Under the pieces are notes generated by a model. The model was not told where the DNA came from. It did not search any database and worked only from the letters and a program-made list of their open reading frames with translations. A DNA stretch of 61,991 nt, counting the filler, from Basidiobolus ranarum (Eukaryota), in the NCBI GenBank assembly GCA_040143965.1. It is 26 parts of 26 records of this genome, joined end to end, with 100 filler letters (N's around TTAATTAATTAA, not from the genome) between each part and the next. Parts side by side here need not be neighbours in the genome. Positions count along the whole stretch, not along the records: positions 11,970 to 14,262 come from JASJQH010010391.1; positions 14,363 to 16,654 come from JASJQH010010392.1; positions 16,755 to 19,046 come from JASJQH010010393.1; positions 19,147 to 21,438 come from JASJQH010010394.1; positions 21,539 to 23,829 come from JASJQH010010395.1; 21 more parts are not named here. One strand, 5' to 3'. Positions within the stretch are counted from its first letter, which is position 1; the number at the start of each line of letters is the position of its first letter. The translations under genes were made by a program, and so were the position numbers. This document shows positions 11,970-23,929 of this stretch, in pieces.

Positions 11970-13098
11970 GATATCAATTCAACAAATAGCCAGCGTAACA
12001 TTAAACTTAGTATTGGCAGTAAGCCTAAGATTGTATTACTAAAGGTGATCAGCAGCAGCTAGAGCCCCCCATTTGGTACTTAGCACTTACTATTCAACAA
12101 TATTCCAATACTACTTACTCAGCTATATAGGGTAAAGTTCAATATCAATGAGTCATTTGAGTTAGGATCAAAGTTTGAATCAAGTGGGAAAATGCTTGAA
12201 AATGACAAGATACCATCATATTTTACCAGTACTCCCATCAATATCTACTCTTCTAGGCATTCATTCAAATGTAAAGACTGGAAGTATTGGACCTGCATAT
12301 ATTTCAGTGGAATCTTGAAAAAATTTCTGCCTGATTAATGTTGGCAACATTGAGAGTTGTTTGCAGATATTGTTACATATTTTAATGGCATCAACCATCA
12401 TTGGTGGATCTCAGGCAGATAAAGTGACTGTGCAAAGATTTTTTAATTGGATATGAAAACTTTATTACAGGTTTAGAGAAGATAGACTGAATCTATGCCA
12501 GTATTCAATACATTACTGGCTGCATCTTTCACTATGCTTAGAGATCAAGGCCCTGGCTGTACATTCTGGGAGTTCCTAATGGAGTGCACCTGCTGTGATA
12601 TTATGCTTGGTGTAAATTGTCAATTTTATCATATGCTAATTGGATCACAAATGAAACAGTAAAATCAGTGATAGATATATTATGATGGATTAAAGAGACT
12701 CCAGAGTGTATTAACCTTCCAAAAAAGGGCTCTTTTTAATGTGTTCATGGGTTTTTGCATTGTTTGAGCAAAATAACAGCTACAAAGCCCCATCCATGGA
12801 AACAGAGTAAGTATTTCTATAATTTAGACTCTTTTGTTTGTGTGATTATCTGACAGTATTTCTAGGAAAGCTGCAAGACAGACTTCCTGGTGAGATACAT
12901 CATGATATGCAGTATAATTGCTTTAGCCATGCAGTATCTACTCAATCAATCACAAATCTACTTGTGTCAGGGTATTTGTTGACTGCCAATCAAGGATATT
13001 GTGCTGATTCTTTATGGAAATTTGCCGAAATCCAAGAGCTTCTTCTCATTGTGAATGGTAACAAGAGTCAGCTACTTGTCAAGTGTCAGTGCTATTGA
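11970..13098 (+). pseudogene. CACTA-like (Tnp2/DUF4218-type) transposase C-terminal half
   Basis: IPSYFT.TPINI....FKCKDWKYW, LPD.CWQH, IHYWLHL and GP...FWEFLME (W.FPMER motif). Confidence 0.85.
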
Positions 13099-13371
13099 TT
13101 GGCTGTGATGACTGTTACATGGTGGAATCTGTTGTAACATATTGTCTATCTTGAGATTTGTATGCAACTGTGGTAGGTTCTTCAAGCTCAGTCAAACCTT
13201 CACTATCTCTCACAAAGACCTGTTGTGTTGGTCTTGTGAGGGTATGCATTGTTATTGATTGATGTCTTAGTAGTTTACTTTCAGGTGTCAGATCTTCAAT
13301 ATTTCCTGCAGTTAGCCTTTGTTGCTGTCATGCAGTAGTAAGCAATAAACCAGTGTGTCTGTCCAGTGGCA

Positions 13372-13997
13372 TGGTCCTTGGAGCTGATGGTTCTCCAGCT
13401 GTAAAAAGCTCACTGGTTGGTTTGGTTGAATCAGGTATATAATGTGCAATAATTCTTAAAAATGCAGGCTATCCTCTTTTGGTTCTTCATTGACTGCTTT
13501 CTCTTCAACAAAAATGGGAGTAACATCACCAACTCTTACAAGCTGGCATTGACATTGATGTGTACCATTACTTGAAGAAACAACTTCTTGGGCTCTTGCT
13601 CTTGGTGGAGGTGTTACCTCAATTCTAGTGGTGAGTTGTGTAGATTCTTCTTGGGAAATAGATACCTTATCAGGAGTCTCTTCAATTCAGAGTGACATGG
13701 TCCTGGGAGCTGACTGTTCTCCAGATGTAAAAAGCTCACTGGTTGGTTTGGTTGAATCAGGTATATAATGAGCAATGATGCATAAAAATGCAGGCTATCC
13801 TCTTTGTGGTTCTTCATTGACTGCTTTCTCTTCAACAAAAATGGGAGAAACATCACAGACTCTTCCAAGCTGGCATTGACATTGATGTGTACCACTACTT
13901 GATGAAATAACTTCTTGGGCTCTTGCGCTTGGTGGAGGTGTTATCTCAATTCTAGTGGTGAGTTGTGTAGATTCTTCATGTGAAATTGATACCTTGT
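13372..13997 (-). repeat. Two diverged tandem copies (about 320 bp) of a decayed S/T/E/Q-rich coding-like segment
   Basis: CATGGTCC..GAGCTGA...AAAAGCTCACTGGTTGGTTTGGTTGAATCAGGTATATAATG...GATACCTT occurs at about 13370-13670 and about 13696-13996. Confidence 0.75.
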
Positions 13998-14362
13998 CAT
14001 TAGTCTCATTGTTTTGAGATGATCTAGACATCTGTGCAACAGTCTGGACAGCTTCAATTTTGCTTTAGGAAAAATCTTGTGGTTCACTAATTTCACTTGT
14101 AATTTTCTTTACACTACTGTTGATAACTTGGCCCATATTGTCCTGAAATATTGTTTTGAACTCTGCAACCTCAGTCAACAGTTGCAGCAAAGTCTCACTG
14201 AGTTATGGTAGATAACTGTTCAAAACATCTTTTGTCTCTAAAGTTGAGGCTGCAACAGTTGCNNNNNNNNNNNNNNNNNNNNNNNNNNNNNNNNNNNNNN
14301 NNNNNNTTAATTAATTAANNNNNNNNNNNNNNNNNNNNNNNNNNNNNNNNNNNNNNNNNNNN

Positions 14363-15916
14363 CAGTAAAGCTGATGGTATTACCAATATACTTGATGGAT
14401 CTCACTACCAGAATCTGAAGAGCCAAGGTTTTGTTGAGAACATATATGAACATGCATTTACATTTGCTCTGGATGGTTTATCACTATACAAATATACTAT
14501 TGGAAAGGCTTGCTGACCAATAAGTTTAATTAACTTAAATCTTCCTCCTTCTGAACAGCATTAGAGTCACAATATTTTGATACTATCCATCATATCTGGA
14601 CCTAAATAGTCAGTGCTTATAGATAGCTTTGTGCAGCCTCAGATTTTGGAATTTAAATGGCTTACTAATGGGATTCAGATGGGTGAATATATTATTAAAG
14701 CTAATATCATTGTATGTATTGGTGTCACTCCTGCCATTGGTAAACTTGAAGGCTTTTGCAAGCATAGTGCCCTGCTTGCTGCGGATTTTGTCAAATGAAT
14801 GGAGTCTACTCTATCTATCAGTCAAATGCAATACTTCTTTCTAAATTCATTACTACGATCCATGATTTTACCATCAAGAGCCTTGCCACATTTCAACATG
14901 CTGACTGACATCAATTCAACAAATAGTCAGTCTAAGATAAAGCTTGGTATTAGCCATAGCCTAAGATTATATGGCTAAAGGGGTCAGCAAGAGCTAGTGC
15001 TTCCCATTGGGCACTTTGCACTTGCTATTAAACAACATTCCTATACTGCTTATTCAGCTGTATAGTGGAAAATTCAATATGAATATGCCATTTGAGATAG
15101 GATCAAAGTTTCAATTGATTAGGAAAACACTAGAAACATCAAGATACCATCATATGTTACCAGGACTCCCACCAATGTCCACTTATCCAGGCATTTATTC
15201 AAATGTAGAGACTGGAAGCATTGGATTTGTATAAATTCAAGTGTAATCTTTAGAAGACTTCTGCCTGATAAGTATCAGCAACATTGGGAGTTGTTTGTGG
15301 ATATTGTTAATATATTGTTACAGCATCAATTCACATTGGCAGATCCCAGACAGATACAGTGACTGTGTTAAGATTTTGTAATTAGATATGAAAAAATGTA
15401 TTACAGGCTTCAAGAAAATTGACAGAATTCTTGCTAGTATTCAATGCACTCCCTGCTACATCTTTCACAATGCTTAGAGATCTAGGGCCTTGCTATGCAT
15501 TCTAGGAATTCCTAAGGGAGTGTAACTGAGGTGAAATGATACTCCATGGGAAATTGTCAGTATTAACATATGCTAATCGGATTAAAGATGCATCAGCAAA
15601 ATCTGTGATTGATGTAATTTGATTGGTTAAGAAGACTTCAGACTATATTAATCTTCAAACAAAGGGCTCTTTTCAATGTGCTCATAGGCTTTTGCATTGT
15701 TTGAGCACAATACCAGCAATAAAACCCAATCTGTGGACACAGAGTAAGTACCTCTATAATTTGGACTAATTTGTTAGTGTGACAATCTGATGGTATTACT
15801 AGGAAACCTGGAAGAGAAACTACTGGGTTAGATTGATTGAGTGATGCAGTATTATTGTTTTAGCCATAGGGTGATCTATTCAAGCATTGATACATCTGCT
15901 TATGGCAGAACATTTG
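14363..15916 (+). pseudogene. CACTA-like transposase catalytic region (Transposase_21/Tnp2-like)
   Basis: LDGSHYQNL..AFTFALDG..C*PISLINLNLPP..ISGPK..IDSFVQP..CIGVTPAIGKL (GDTAAIGKL in the copy at 43056)..FPLGTLHLL. Confidence 0.9.
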
Positions 15917-16654
15917 CCCTAACAGATATTTGAGGATTGCTATTGTAGGAAAACTATCACAATTTTAATCCATTTGGCAGTGACCAGTTAGTTACCATCA
16001 TAAAATTGTCAACTTAGATTTGATTTTGATCATCTTTTTCAGTTTCAGGAGTGAAGTTTCAAGATTTTGCAAAATAGTTGCACAAGACTTGCTACAATCT
16101 CAGAGAACTATGGATTAACACATGTGCAAAAAACATAACAAATTTTACACATTTACCACTTGAAAGAAAATTTGTCACCTTCAAAATCCCTAGTTTCTTT
16201 GGTGTATTCTCCTAAATATTTTTATAGAGTTCTTCACACCCAAGGTTTAGCCCATATCCAACACAAGTTTGTATCAATATCTCCATCAAAACCAACAATG
16301 TATTAATGTTGCTGAATCAACATTCTTCCAGCTATCTGGCGGATACCCTGCAATATTGTGCCACTCTGGAGTTAGTTCTTCCCAGATATATGGATGGTCA
16401 ACACCAGACTGAATGTCAAGTTAAATGTTCTTCTTCTGAAGCCACTATCTGCATACTTGTACTGCATTTTTCCCCTCATACTGGTGAAAATACTCCTCAA
16501 GTAATTTTACTATTTCTATGTGTGACACTACTGAGGGTACCTTGTGGTGTTTGTATGGCTTTTTGCTTGCCTTGACCTTTGGGACTAATTTCAACACTTT
16601 GAAAAGTACCAGGTGAGGTTGGAGAGACATGAGTTTTATTTGCTGGTGTTTTGG
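15917..16654 (-). mobile_element. CACTA-like ORF2-side terminus (CCCTAACAGA...) inserted in a transposase copy
   Basis: Sharp junction ACATTTG|CCCTAAC, followed by the reverse-strand 3' end of ORF2. Confidence 0.88.
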
Positions 16655-18409
16655 NNNNNNNNNNNNNNNNNNNNNNNNNNNNNNNNNNNNNNNNNNNNTT
16701 AATTAATTAANNNNNNNNNNNNNNNNNNNNNNNNNNNNNNNNNNNNNNNNNNNNGGGAAAACTTGACCAAGCAATAAATTAAATTACCTTATAGGTACTG
16801 TTATGAAACTGACAATTTCTTGGGGATGTCTGTTGCTCCCGTTTTTCTACATTTTTTTTCTCTGCAGACAGAACTACAATATTGAGGTACATCTTTTGTG
16901 TCTCCACCATAACAGATGTCAGCTATATTTGTAGTTGGAACTGGAATTAATCTACGATCTAATATGGAACATCCTTTTTTTTCGGGACTACATTGATCCG
17001 CCTGTGACTCTTTTTACTATTTTTGGCATATGCAGGCCAATCATTACGCCCATTGCCCTCGTTGGGTATCTCGAATATATTTGATGGTCGCTCGTGAGAC
17101 ATTACCACTTTCGTTTAAATTACGTTCTAGGTATAAGAAATCACTGAAGCCTTGTCAGCAAGGAACTTACTAATGGGGAGCTTCAGGAATTATCATCCGA
17201 GCAAAGTCTGAGTCTGTACGTCGTCACATCATAAGAAATTAAGACATTTAAGCAAATAGAGATAAGCAGTTTAAGTGTGCGAGGCGGTGCTGCTGCTTTG
17301 TGACCTGTTAGTACTTGGGACAATCAGTCTAGGCAACTTACCAGAACTTGGTCGGAGTACCTTTCACAATGAGTGGCCAGCAACTGGTAGCAATATTCTA
17401 GGGTAGTTACGATATAAATGGAAGTTTTTGACACGTAGCTCCATGAAAGAAGCATTTTCTCACCCCTCGGAGCTTTCTAAAACAGTAATTTTGCTCATAC
17501 CTCATCAGCCTATTATCGCACCATATTAAGTGATACAAAAAGTGGTTACTGATTCGCCACCTGCAGCAGTAACCATCGATCGAACCGATTCTGGTTGAAC
17601 GGGTTGTTACCATACAACTGGAGCTTGGGATAACCCAAGGACAAGGTCAACGATTGTCATATCCAAACCGTGGTAAAAACCAGAATTCGCCTGGTATTCC
17701 GTCACAATAACAGGATTTCTGAGATTGGATACTAAGGCAGTTCAAACCTTGATCGGTTGGGCATATTCGATACAATACTATACCACGTTTCAATCAACAT
17801 TTGTTTCATCTCGCCTGTGTATCTACTATTACTATAGCCGGGATAAATTAGCCAACTCATTTCTGATAAATGATTAATATTACTAGAAGTGTTGTAGGTT
17901 CCGCATTGAACGCACTGCAGAGTTACCATAGCTTTGTATTTGGGTTGAGGTTAGGCTTGGGTGTTGAGTTTTATGATAGGAGACCTAGGTCTTGAATTTC
18001 TTACATGTGTCATTGAAACCACGCGCCTATATTTCTACCCTAAATGAACTCTACTATGACCATTTTAAAAGCAACGTTAATAGACAATTTTGATGATTTT
18101 TATGCTTGTGATGGCAGATTAAAGATACTGTTATGTGATGAACTCAGATGACTTGTTATATATGAATGAGTGAGTTGTTGGAGCCTAGAACACTCAAGTA
18201 ATGGATCAGACACCCTGCCATCTTCTGTATAAACAAACTGCATGTACTTTCCTTTAATATGGTAAGAAGGTGGCATTTTTGTTGGGTTGGGTGCAGGGTA
18301 AGTTGCTGATGCTATATCAGACATTGACAGCTTTTTTTCAGCTTTGTTGCTTCTATTTATCATAAGACAGTATATATTCCAATTCTACTTTCTAATTCAA
18401 ATACATTCA

Positions 18410-18491
18410 ATTAATTAAGACCACCAGACCTGGTGATAAACTTGCTCATAAAAGACTAGGGCCTTTTGAGATTATTAAGCAAATCATTTTA
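18410..18491 (+). pseudogene. Gypsy integrase C-terminal fragment (GPF motif)
   Basis: IKTTRPGDKLAHKRLGPFEIIKQI. Confidence 0.75.
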
Positions 18492-19046
18492 CCCTAACAG
18501 AAATTTGAGGATTGTTATTGTAGGAAAACCATCACAATTTTAATCCATTTGGGATTGACCATTTACTTACTATCATAAAATCATCAAGTTAGATTTGATT
18601 TTAATCAATTTTTTCAGTTTCAGGAGTGAAATTTCAAGATCTTGCAAAATAGTTGCACATGATTGGCTACAATCTCAGAGAACTATGGATCAACACATGT
18701 GCAAAAAATGTAACTCAAAATTTACACAATTTTCACTTGAATGCTAATTTGTCTCCTTCAAAATCCCTAGTCTCTGTAATATATTCTCCTGAATATTTTT
18801 ACAGAGTTCTTCATACCCAAGGTTTAGCTCATACCCAACACAAGTTTGTATCAATATCTTCATCAAAGCCCACCATTGTATTAACATTGCTGAATCAACA
18901 ATCCTCCAGCTATCTGGTGGATACTGTCATAATAAGGAACTGGACAAGGACTGGGAACAACAACAAGAGGCTAGAAGGCAGGAGAGTACTTGGGTGTAGA
19001 TCACAAGACAAGACTGGACAAGGAAGATACTTTGGCAAGAATCTTT
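18492..19046. mobile_element. CACTA-like terminus (18492-18924) with a nested 530-bp-family Gypsy LTR (18925-19046)
   Basis: CCCTAACAGAAATTTGAGG start, then an abrupt switch to TGTCATAATAAGGAACTGG. Confidence 0.85.
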
Positions 19047-19146
19047 NNNNNNNNNNNNNNNNNNNNNNNNNNNNNNNNNNNNNNNNNNNNTTAATTAATT
19101 AANNNNNNNNNNNNNNNNNNNNNNNNNNNNNNNNNNNNNNNNNNNN

Positions 19147-20476
19147 TAATCCTTCACAACAACACAAAATTGCTTGTGCACATGAAAGTATAAATCTCAT
19201 AGTAAAACCGGCAAACCAAAAGACTCTGAATGTCAGAGCTGCCATCAGTTGCTCAGATCAAGAGTGGTTTAAAATTTTGGAAACTGTGTTGAATCTTGCC
19301 TGATATCAAATAGATTTGAGCCAATCATGGAAAAACCAAAAATTAGGCATTACTCGGAAGGTTCTTGACTTATTTCATGTTGCTTATTCTGGGTTTTTGC
19401 AAGCAAATGGCAATTGGGGTAGTATAGGCTTATTCATGAAACATCTCAAAAATGTATTCAATTATCAACTTGGAAAAGAAAGAAAAGCAGCTAAAGAAGT
19501 ACTTAAGGAAAGGGTAGTTGGTAAACTCAAGGGAAAAGTAAAGGAGCCAGTGAGTTTAGGCTCTACTGTCCCACTTACCAAATTCTTCACACTAGTACAA
19601 AGATCTCCATTTCTAGAGTCAGATATACTGGCAAAAAAGCTTAATTTCACCATGGAACCAGCTACACCAGTTGGAAGAGTGCTAAATTTCAGAGTTTATC
19701 CAACACCTGGCATCTCTCAACAAGCCAAACAACCAGCAAATAAAACTCACAGCCCGCCAACTTCAATTGGTACTTTTCAAAGTGTTGAAACTAGCCCCAA
19801 ACTTGAAGGCAAGGAAAAAGCCACACAAACACCACAAAGCACCCTCAGTAGTGTCACACTACAAGGATATACAAAAATAGTCAAAGTGCTTAAGGAGTTT
19901 TTTCAGAAGTATGAAGAGAAAAACACAGTGTAAATAAGCAGAAAGTGGCTTAGGAAGAAGAACATTCAACTTGACATTCAGTCTGGTGTTGACCATGCCG
20001 ATATCTGGGAAGAACTTAATACAGAGTGGCACAATCTTGTAGGGTATCCACCAGATAGCTGGAAGAATATTGATTCAGCAACATTACTACAATGGTGGGC
20101 TTTGATGGAGATATTGATACAAACTTGTGTTGTATATGAGCTAAACCATGGGTAAGAAGAACTCTATAAAAATATTCAGGATAACATATCAAAGAAACTA
20201 GGAACTTTGAAGGTGATAAATTAGTGTTCAAGTGGTAAATGTGTAAAATTTGAGTTATATTTTTTGCACAAACATTAATCCATAGTTTACTGAGATCATA
20301 GCCAATCATGTTCAACTATTTTGCAAGATCTTGGAATTTCACTCCTGAACCTGAAAAAATTGATTGAAGTCAAATCTAACTTGACAATTTTATGATAGTA
20401 AGTATATGGTCAATCCCAAAACAATTAAAATTGCCATTGTTTTCCTACAATAACAATCATCAAATATCTGTTAGGG
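19147..20476 (+). mobile_element. CACTA-like ORF2 3' two-thirds and terminus (...CTGTTAGGG)
   Basis: ORF 19316-19933 is homologous to 31800-32543 and 51917-52375. The segment ends at TTAGGG 20476. Confidence 0.9.
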
Positions 20477-21438
20477 AAATCAAATCATCAACTCCAGAGA
20501 TACTAAAATCCAAATTTGGAATCTGAAGCTATCTATCAACATTATCCAAATTGAGAAAATATCACATCTGAAATAAGGTCTAAAACATCAGCCACCAATG
20601 AATATATGGCAAAGATCAAACCATTAACAATCCCTGTGGTGAATATTCCTAGCAGAAAACCAACAAGCAATAATCATGTCTCAAACTTCACTAGCAGTAC
20701 TGAAACCAAGGAGAACAAACTATTACATGATATTCTGGAATCAAGCAGCTATACAAGTGGTAAAACATTAGGCAGCACTGGAATTGCACCAATTTATACC
20801 AGAAAACCGGACAATTACTCTGAGGATACCAATAATTTGGAACCGGCTTTTGGAAGGCAGCATATTATCTCTGCCAATGAAAAATATGGTAATAAGAAAA
20901 GGATATTTTTCCAGCCAATCGGGAATCAGGAAATTGTGCTTAGAAACAAGGCAATAATTTTCTGACTACTTATATACCTGAGAAAGATCCTACTCTCAAT
21001 TTGGCTGACATTGGATGCAATCAATTATTGGAAGCATGTAACCAACCACAACAAGTATTCAATCAATTTCAAGATTCAGGCAAGCAGGTCTCAGAAATCC
21101 CACCAAGTAGAAATCAGAAGCATCTTGTAAGTGAAACATCTGACCATTCAACTGAGAATTTTGGATTAATCAAATCAGAGCATTCAATCAACAGATTCAA
21201 TTAAGAAAATGGGTGTAATATATCTGCACATATAGCATTTTCTGAACCAAAACATTTGTCACAAGCTCTGAAGTCTGGTGAAGCAACAGAATGGAGAAAA
21301 GCCACTGATGATGAAATTCACTCCCTAATCAAGAATAACACATGGATCCTTGTGGACTTACCTACTGGAAGCAAAAGTATTGGTAATAGATGGGTACTGA
21401 AACTGAAACTTAACTCAGCTGGATCTTTCAACCGGTAG
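20477..21438 (+). pseudogene. Copia integrase-RT linker and RT start
   Basis: EPKHLSQALKS..W..A.DDEIHSLIKNNTWILVDLP.G.KSIGNRWVLKLK. Confidence 0.88.
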
Positions 21439-21549
21439 NNNNNNNNNNNNNNNNNNNNNNNNNNNNNNNNNNNNNNNNNNNNTTAATTAATTAANNNNNN
21501 NNNNNNNNNNNNNNNNNNNNNNNNNNNNNNNNNNNNNNTCCAATCAAAC

Positions 21550-22079
21550 TGTTACAATAAGGAACTGGACAAGGACTGGGAACAATGACAAGAGGCTAAA
21601 AGGCAGCAGAGTACTTGGGTGTAGACCACAAGACAAGACAAGACTGGACAGGGAAGATACTCTGGCAAGAATATTTATTGATAATTGGTGTTGATCAGAC
21701 TGAGGTCTGATCAAGGAATACATGGGGCTTATATAGATATTGCAAGGAGCAACGTAATATATCTCATAGGGAATATACTGTGACAAGTTTGTAAGATGAG
21801 GTGTTTGGGACTACAATGACCAATACAAAGAGGGATGATGTAAGGATGATCAGGTGACCTTCCATGGAAGGTCTGGGTAGAAATACACTATGTGTGGGAT
21901 GATATAATTGGTAAGGATTCATGGAATGTTCCAAAGAACATGACTTCCATTTAAGGTAATCTGGATGAACTAACACCAAATTGCCAAGAAGGGATGGCAC
22001 AGCAGATATGATGTCATAATTCAATAATAGAGGAGTTCAATTTGTAGTGGATCAGTATGCCAAGATCATAATCATGACA
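21550..22079 (-). mobile_element. 530-bp Gypsy-type LTR (sense on minus strand) with a PBS-like remnant at 21539-21549
   Basis: TG...CA termini. Copies at 44346-44885, 48492-49006, 47493-47700, 52567-52907 and about 44920-45220. Confidence 0.88.
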
Positions 22080-22689
22080 CCAACCTCTCATAGCATTTAT
22101 TCTCAGCTACCAATTCATAGCAATTATTCTAAGCTTTTTCTTTCCATAAGCAACCCTTCCCTCCATTGAAAAAGCTTCTAGCCTTTGCATCATCCAAAAC
22201 TGCACCATATTCTTATCCTTTCCTTTACTAGATATTCTTCCTTATATCATAGTAAGATAATAAAGATTCCTATTGCAACTCAACTAGGCTTGACTATTGA
22301 AGATTACAGTATAGATTCTTTAATAGTTATCTTCACTTTTGCAGCCATTGAATTTATCCAACTCTTAATCAAAGTCTTTGCCAATCTCAAAAGAACTATA
22401 TCTTTTTTTTCAGACTTCAAGTTAGAGAAACCACCAGAGTTTTATCTACCCTTGCAGTATTGAGGATTTTTGATAGTTCTATTATCAGAAATAATCTTTT
22501 CTCATAAACTATTCAAGCTATGGACATACAAAAGTGTGTCTGTACCCTTTAAAGATAGAGTGAAGCATATATCTCCTATTGAATTTTTAAGGTTCCAGTA
22601 TTAAAAATTCAGCTTTGCTGGAGATTTGTGGTGGGATTAAGCTTTATTATTGAGTATTTAAGTTAACATCCCTATCCCACACTACAGTG
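22080..22689 (+). mobile_element. Second DNA-transposon-like family ending ...CCCACACTACAGTG (CACTG terminus)
   Basis: A homologous copy ends identically at 47301 and is followed by unrelated sequence. Confidence 0.65.
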
Positions 22690-22734
22690 GGAAGAGTTCT
22701 TTTCTACTTGCATATTGTTGATCTTAAATCCATG

Positions 22735-23580
22735 TTTCTTTTTTGAACAGGTTCTTGCTACATGTCCAGGAGCTGCACAATAGAGGCAATGATTCTCTTG
22801 TTTGCATCACTATTTTTCCTCAGGGCAAAGCTTTCTGAATCAAGTTCCATCCACTTGCATTGGGTCATCTGCTTGAGCTGTATTTTGTGGTTGATGAAAG
22901 GGAGATCTAAAAGCAGATGAAGAAGGAGAGAAGAAAGAGGCCATATTTCTTTGTTGTTGTCTTTGAAACAACCTGTTATCACATTTCAATGCCTGATGAA
23001 CAGCATCAATCAAGGTCATTGGGTCAGCTTTAGTGAGTAAAAGATCCTTAATATTTTCTTGGAGTTTGAATTGTAATTGTTTAATCAGAGCAGATTCTCC
23101 CCAATCAAGATCACAGGCAAGAAAGTGGAATTTGGCAGCATAAGTTGATGCAGGCTTTGACCCTTGTTTAAGTGCACAGAGCTTGGAGGCTGAAGTTGTT
23201 TCCTTATCTGCATTTTCAAATATGGCTTCCAGTTCAGCAAGAAAGGCAAGGAAGTCTGAAAGAAGTGTGGATTGACTTTCCATCAAAGGAGCCAACAAAG
23301 ATAGAGCTATTCTTGAAAATAGTGTTCCCACCAAGCCAGCTTTTGTTTGGTCAGAGGGGTAGCAATGGGCACATAACAAGATGATGAGCTTTTCTGCACA
23401 ACAAAACCACAATAGTTTTGGCAACTGCTATCAAACATATTTGACAAGGAGCTATTGGGTTCAGGAGTTGGATTTGCAGTATAGTTGGGTGGAGCTTGAT
23501 TGTGTACTTGAGCAAGAGAAGCACAAAGTTCTTGATTTTCTTGCTGAAGCTGAGTTAGAGCTCACAAGAAATCTTCCATT
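22735..23580 (-). pseudogene. Ty3/Gypsy (chromovirus-like) gag with CCHC zinc knuckle
   Basis: KL.ALKQGSKPASTYAAKF..LA.DLDWGESALI..DDPMQVDG, followed by CLYCAAPGHVARTC. Confidence 0.9.
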
Positions 23581-23929
23581 GTGAGGGCTGGTGTAGACTT
23601 AATACTTGCTATGCTGGAAGGAGGAAGTTAAAAAACCACAATTTTGTCTAGGAATGATAATCACAATGCAATGTCCAACTTTCTGTTGAAGAAATATTTG
23701 GTGCCTTGACAAAAGAATATACTGGGATCAACATACTTTGATCTTGATCAAGTACTAAAGCTTCTTTGATCAAAAACAACTGTAAACTCAGCCAGTAGTG
23801 TCTTGACAAGGATAAACTTAGAGCATTTANNNNNNNNNNNNNNNNNNNNNNNNNNNNNNNNNNNNNNNNNNNNTTAATTAATTAANNNNNNNNNNNNNNN
23901 NNNNNNNNNNNNNNNNNNNNNNNNNNNNN

